Shown piece after piece: positions 53,689 through 55,884 of a DNA stretch of 55,884 nucleotides. Each line of letters begins with the position of its first letter. The stretch's first letter is position 1. Location: the NCBI GenBank assembly GCA_030141605.1, contig JAQGDQ010001199.1:1-55884 (forward strand), in the 5' to 3' direction. A program made the position numbers and the translations under genes. The notes beneath the pieces were generated by a model. That model had not been told where the DNA came from, made no database searches, and worked only from the letters and a program-made list of their open reading frames with translations. The stretch is from Tubiluchus corallicola (lineage: Eukaryota; Animalia; Priapulida).

Positions 53689-55884
53689 CGAAAATGCTTC
53701 TCCGGCGTTCTAGCAGTTCAAAAATTTTCTGGGCGCCAACCATGGTAGCGACCCACCCCCGATGGGGCCTCACGCGCCCCACTTACCGGGCCTTGCCTAG
53801 GCTGAAATAGGCCCTGCCTGTGGCACAGATAATACTCCATTTTTTATTTTTTATGTTGGTCAGAATTCTTCATACGTCGACAATTGTTTTCATCTTTTGC
53901 GAATTCGATTGCTAATTTTCTAATGAACTGATTATGTGACATTATAGTTTGCTCATCATTCATTAAATCATTAACATATAATAGATTATTTTCAATGCAT
54001 GTTGTACAGAACATACGAGTAACGTTTGGCTTTATGTTCTAATGAACTGATCATGTGACATTATAGTTTCATTATCATTCATTAAATCATTAACATATAA
54101 TAGATTATTTTCAATACATGAATAAAATAATTTGATTAAAGTCTCTTTATTCTTGTGATTAATGCTGCTTGCTGATTATTGTTGTTTATTGCGTGGCGTG
54201 TGAAGTAGCCACGATGGGCATGGCAAACGTTCAAGACTTTATTTAATAAACTACACATTTATTAAATATCAAACACAACACGGTAAATATAAGAGGATAG
54301 TAATGCGAGCCCTCCGTCTTCAAGTCAGTTCCTAATCTCTCCCGAGGTGCGGGGCTCAAAACACTTTTGTCTAACTACCTAATGCGCCGTGAGCTTCTGC
54401 GCATAAGGATTATATCATCAATCTTTACTTCTGGTCGAACATCAGCTGGTCACGTGATGCCACACCTAACTAGGCTTCTACCCACGACGATAGTTTAATC
54501 TTGCATCGTCAAGCATTTAATAATTTAATCACCAATTTAAACAAAATCATTATTTAACACAGCTTTCCTTTACTCATGTTGTACAGAACGTTTGGCTTTA
54601 TATTATTATTATGCCATAATGTTTTTTTTTACATAATCCGTTTGAGTTATCGAATTTCTTAATATTTCACACCAGCATATAATCAGATCTTGCCAAAAGG
54701 GATTCCCAATCATTCCACTTTTCTCTACAAGAAAACTCTTTTCCATTTTCCAAAGAGTATCCCAGTTTTTCTAAGAATATTTTTGTCACCTCTTCTTGCC
54801 ATCTGTTGTCATTAGCCTTTCAGTCCACTTAGAATTCGAGGATTTGGCAAAGGATTCCAAGTCCACCATAATAATCTTTTTATTTATCTTGCAATACACA
54901 TACAGTTATAAAACAATTAATTTGGAAAAAAATGCGAAGAAAGGACAGCGAAAGACCAATTGGTCATCTAGTCAGCTGCCCTTTGGTTAGTGATGAACAT
55001 TTTCAAAAGCGCTGTGCTGCAGTGTATTAGTGTTAGTATTGCTTGTAGTTAGGATTTAATTATTACAAATGACATTAAATTTATATGCTTTTAACGTGTT
55101 ATATATAACATATTAATATAATTCATACGCAGTAATAATAAGTGTATAATAAAAAATCAAACAAGAACGAAAATAAAATTCTGACAACGGAAACATAAGA
55201 ACAATGGCAACTGAAATATTCTTCATGACAGTAGCATAATTTTTGACATTCAAAAAATAAATTATCATGTAAATAATAGAACTGAAAATCTGGTGTATCT
55301 GTACACTGGTATATTAAAGTATATTAAATTGGGCGTTAATTTTCACATGATAATTTACATAACAAAAAGCGGGTCATGCAGGAAAAAAACAGCTGGAATA
55401 AAAATTACATTGCAAACAATATTGTAAGTTGTGTGTTATAGTCGTGCATAAGCAAGCAGATTCGCAAAAGATGAAAACAATTGTCGACGTATGAAGAATT
55501 CTGACCAACATAAAAAATAAAAAAATGGAGTATTATCTGTGCCACAGTCAGGGCCCATTTCAGCCTAGGCAAGGCCCAGGGAAGTGGGGCGTGTGAGGCC
55601 CCTTTGGGGGGGGGGGTTCCGCTACCATGGTTGGCGCCCAGAAAATTTTTTAACTGCTAGAACGCCGGAGAAGCATTTTTGAAGAGAAAGAGAGAGAGAG
55701 AGAGAAGAAAGAAGAAGAACTGGTGAGTAGAGTTCGTGGGAGGCGTTACTTTGTATTTAAATCCTGTTAAAAATAGAATAGAATGGAATGGAATGAATTA
55801 GAATAGAATAGAATAGAATAGAATAGAATAGAATAGAATAGAATAGAATAGAATAGAATAGAATAGAATAGAATAGAATAGAAT
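53181..55884. repeat. Second inverted repeat: arms ~53181-53904 and 55460-55884 (runs off the window), spacer ~1.55 kb
   Basis: 53818-53904 is the reverse complement of 55460-55547. The outer parts (hAT-like end, CT/GA tract, (TTCTA)n/(GAATA)n) are diverged mirror images. Confidence 0.92.
53918..54120. repeat. ~83-bp direct repeat, period 120
   Basis: ttctaatgaactgat...tagattattttcaat(g/a)catg at 53918-54000 and 54038-54120. Confidence 0.85.

Noticed and set aside
55773-55884. Terminal (GAATA)n as a telomere
   Set aside because: It mirrors the internal (TTCTA)n at 53181-53310 and is not an animal telomeric repeat I recognise

Overview
Eukaryotic (animal-like, AT-rich, intron-containing, repeat-dense) DNA; no prokaryotic features. 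(1) Bases 1-37069 form one near-perfect palindrome: arms 1-~17455 and ~19672-37069 around a ~2.2 kb spacer, ending on the same base next to an N gap (37070-37248). (2) The ORF track misses the 3' part of a casein kinase 1 gamma gene. Six exons lie on the minus strand from the spacer into the left arm, five are mirrored in the right arm, and the N-lobe exons are absent at the fold-back point. (3) There is a cluster of secreted Gly/Tyr-rich structural-protein genes: GY-A in both arms (left copy frameshifted), GY-B and GY-C. All have a TATA box and a 14-codon signal-peptide exon followed by a phase-0 intron, and GY-A and GY-B share a non-repetitive KEI[TS]HTV motif. (4) The rest is hAT MITEs with 8-bp TSDs, a 5S-derived SINE, tRNA-SINE heads, Harbinger and LINE relics, mini/microsatellites and a second, older inverted repeat at the right end. 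The sequence alone cannot show whether the palindrome is biological or an assembly/fold-back artefact. The organism is not identified.
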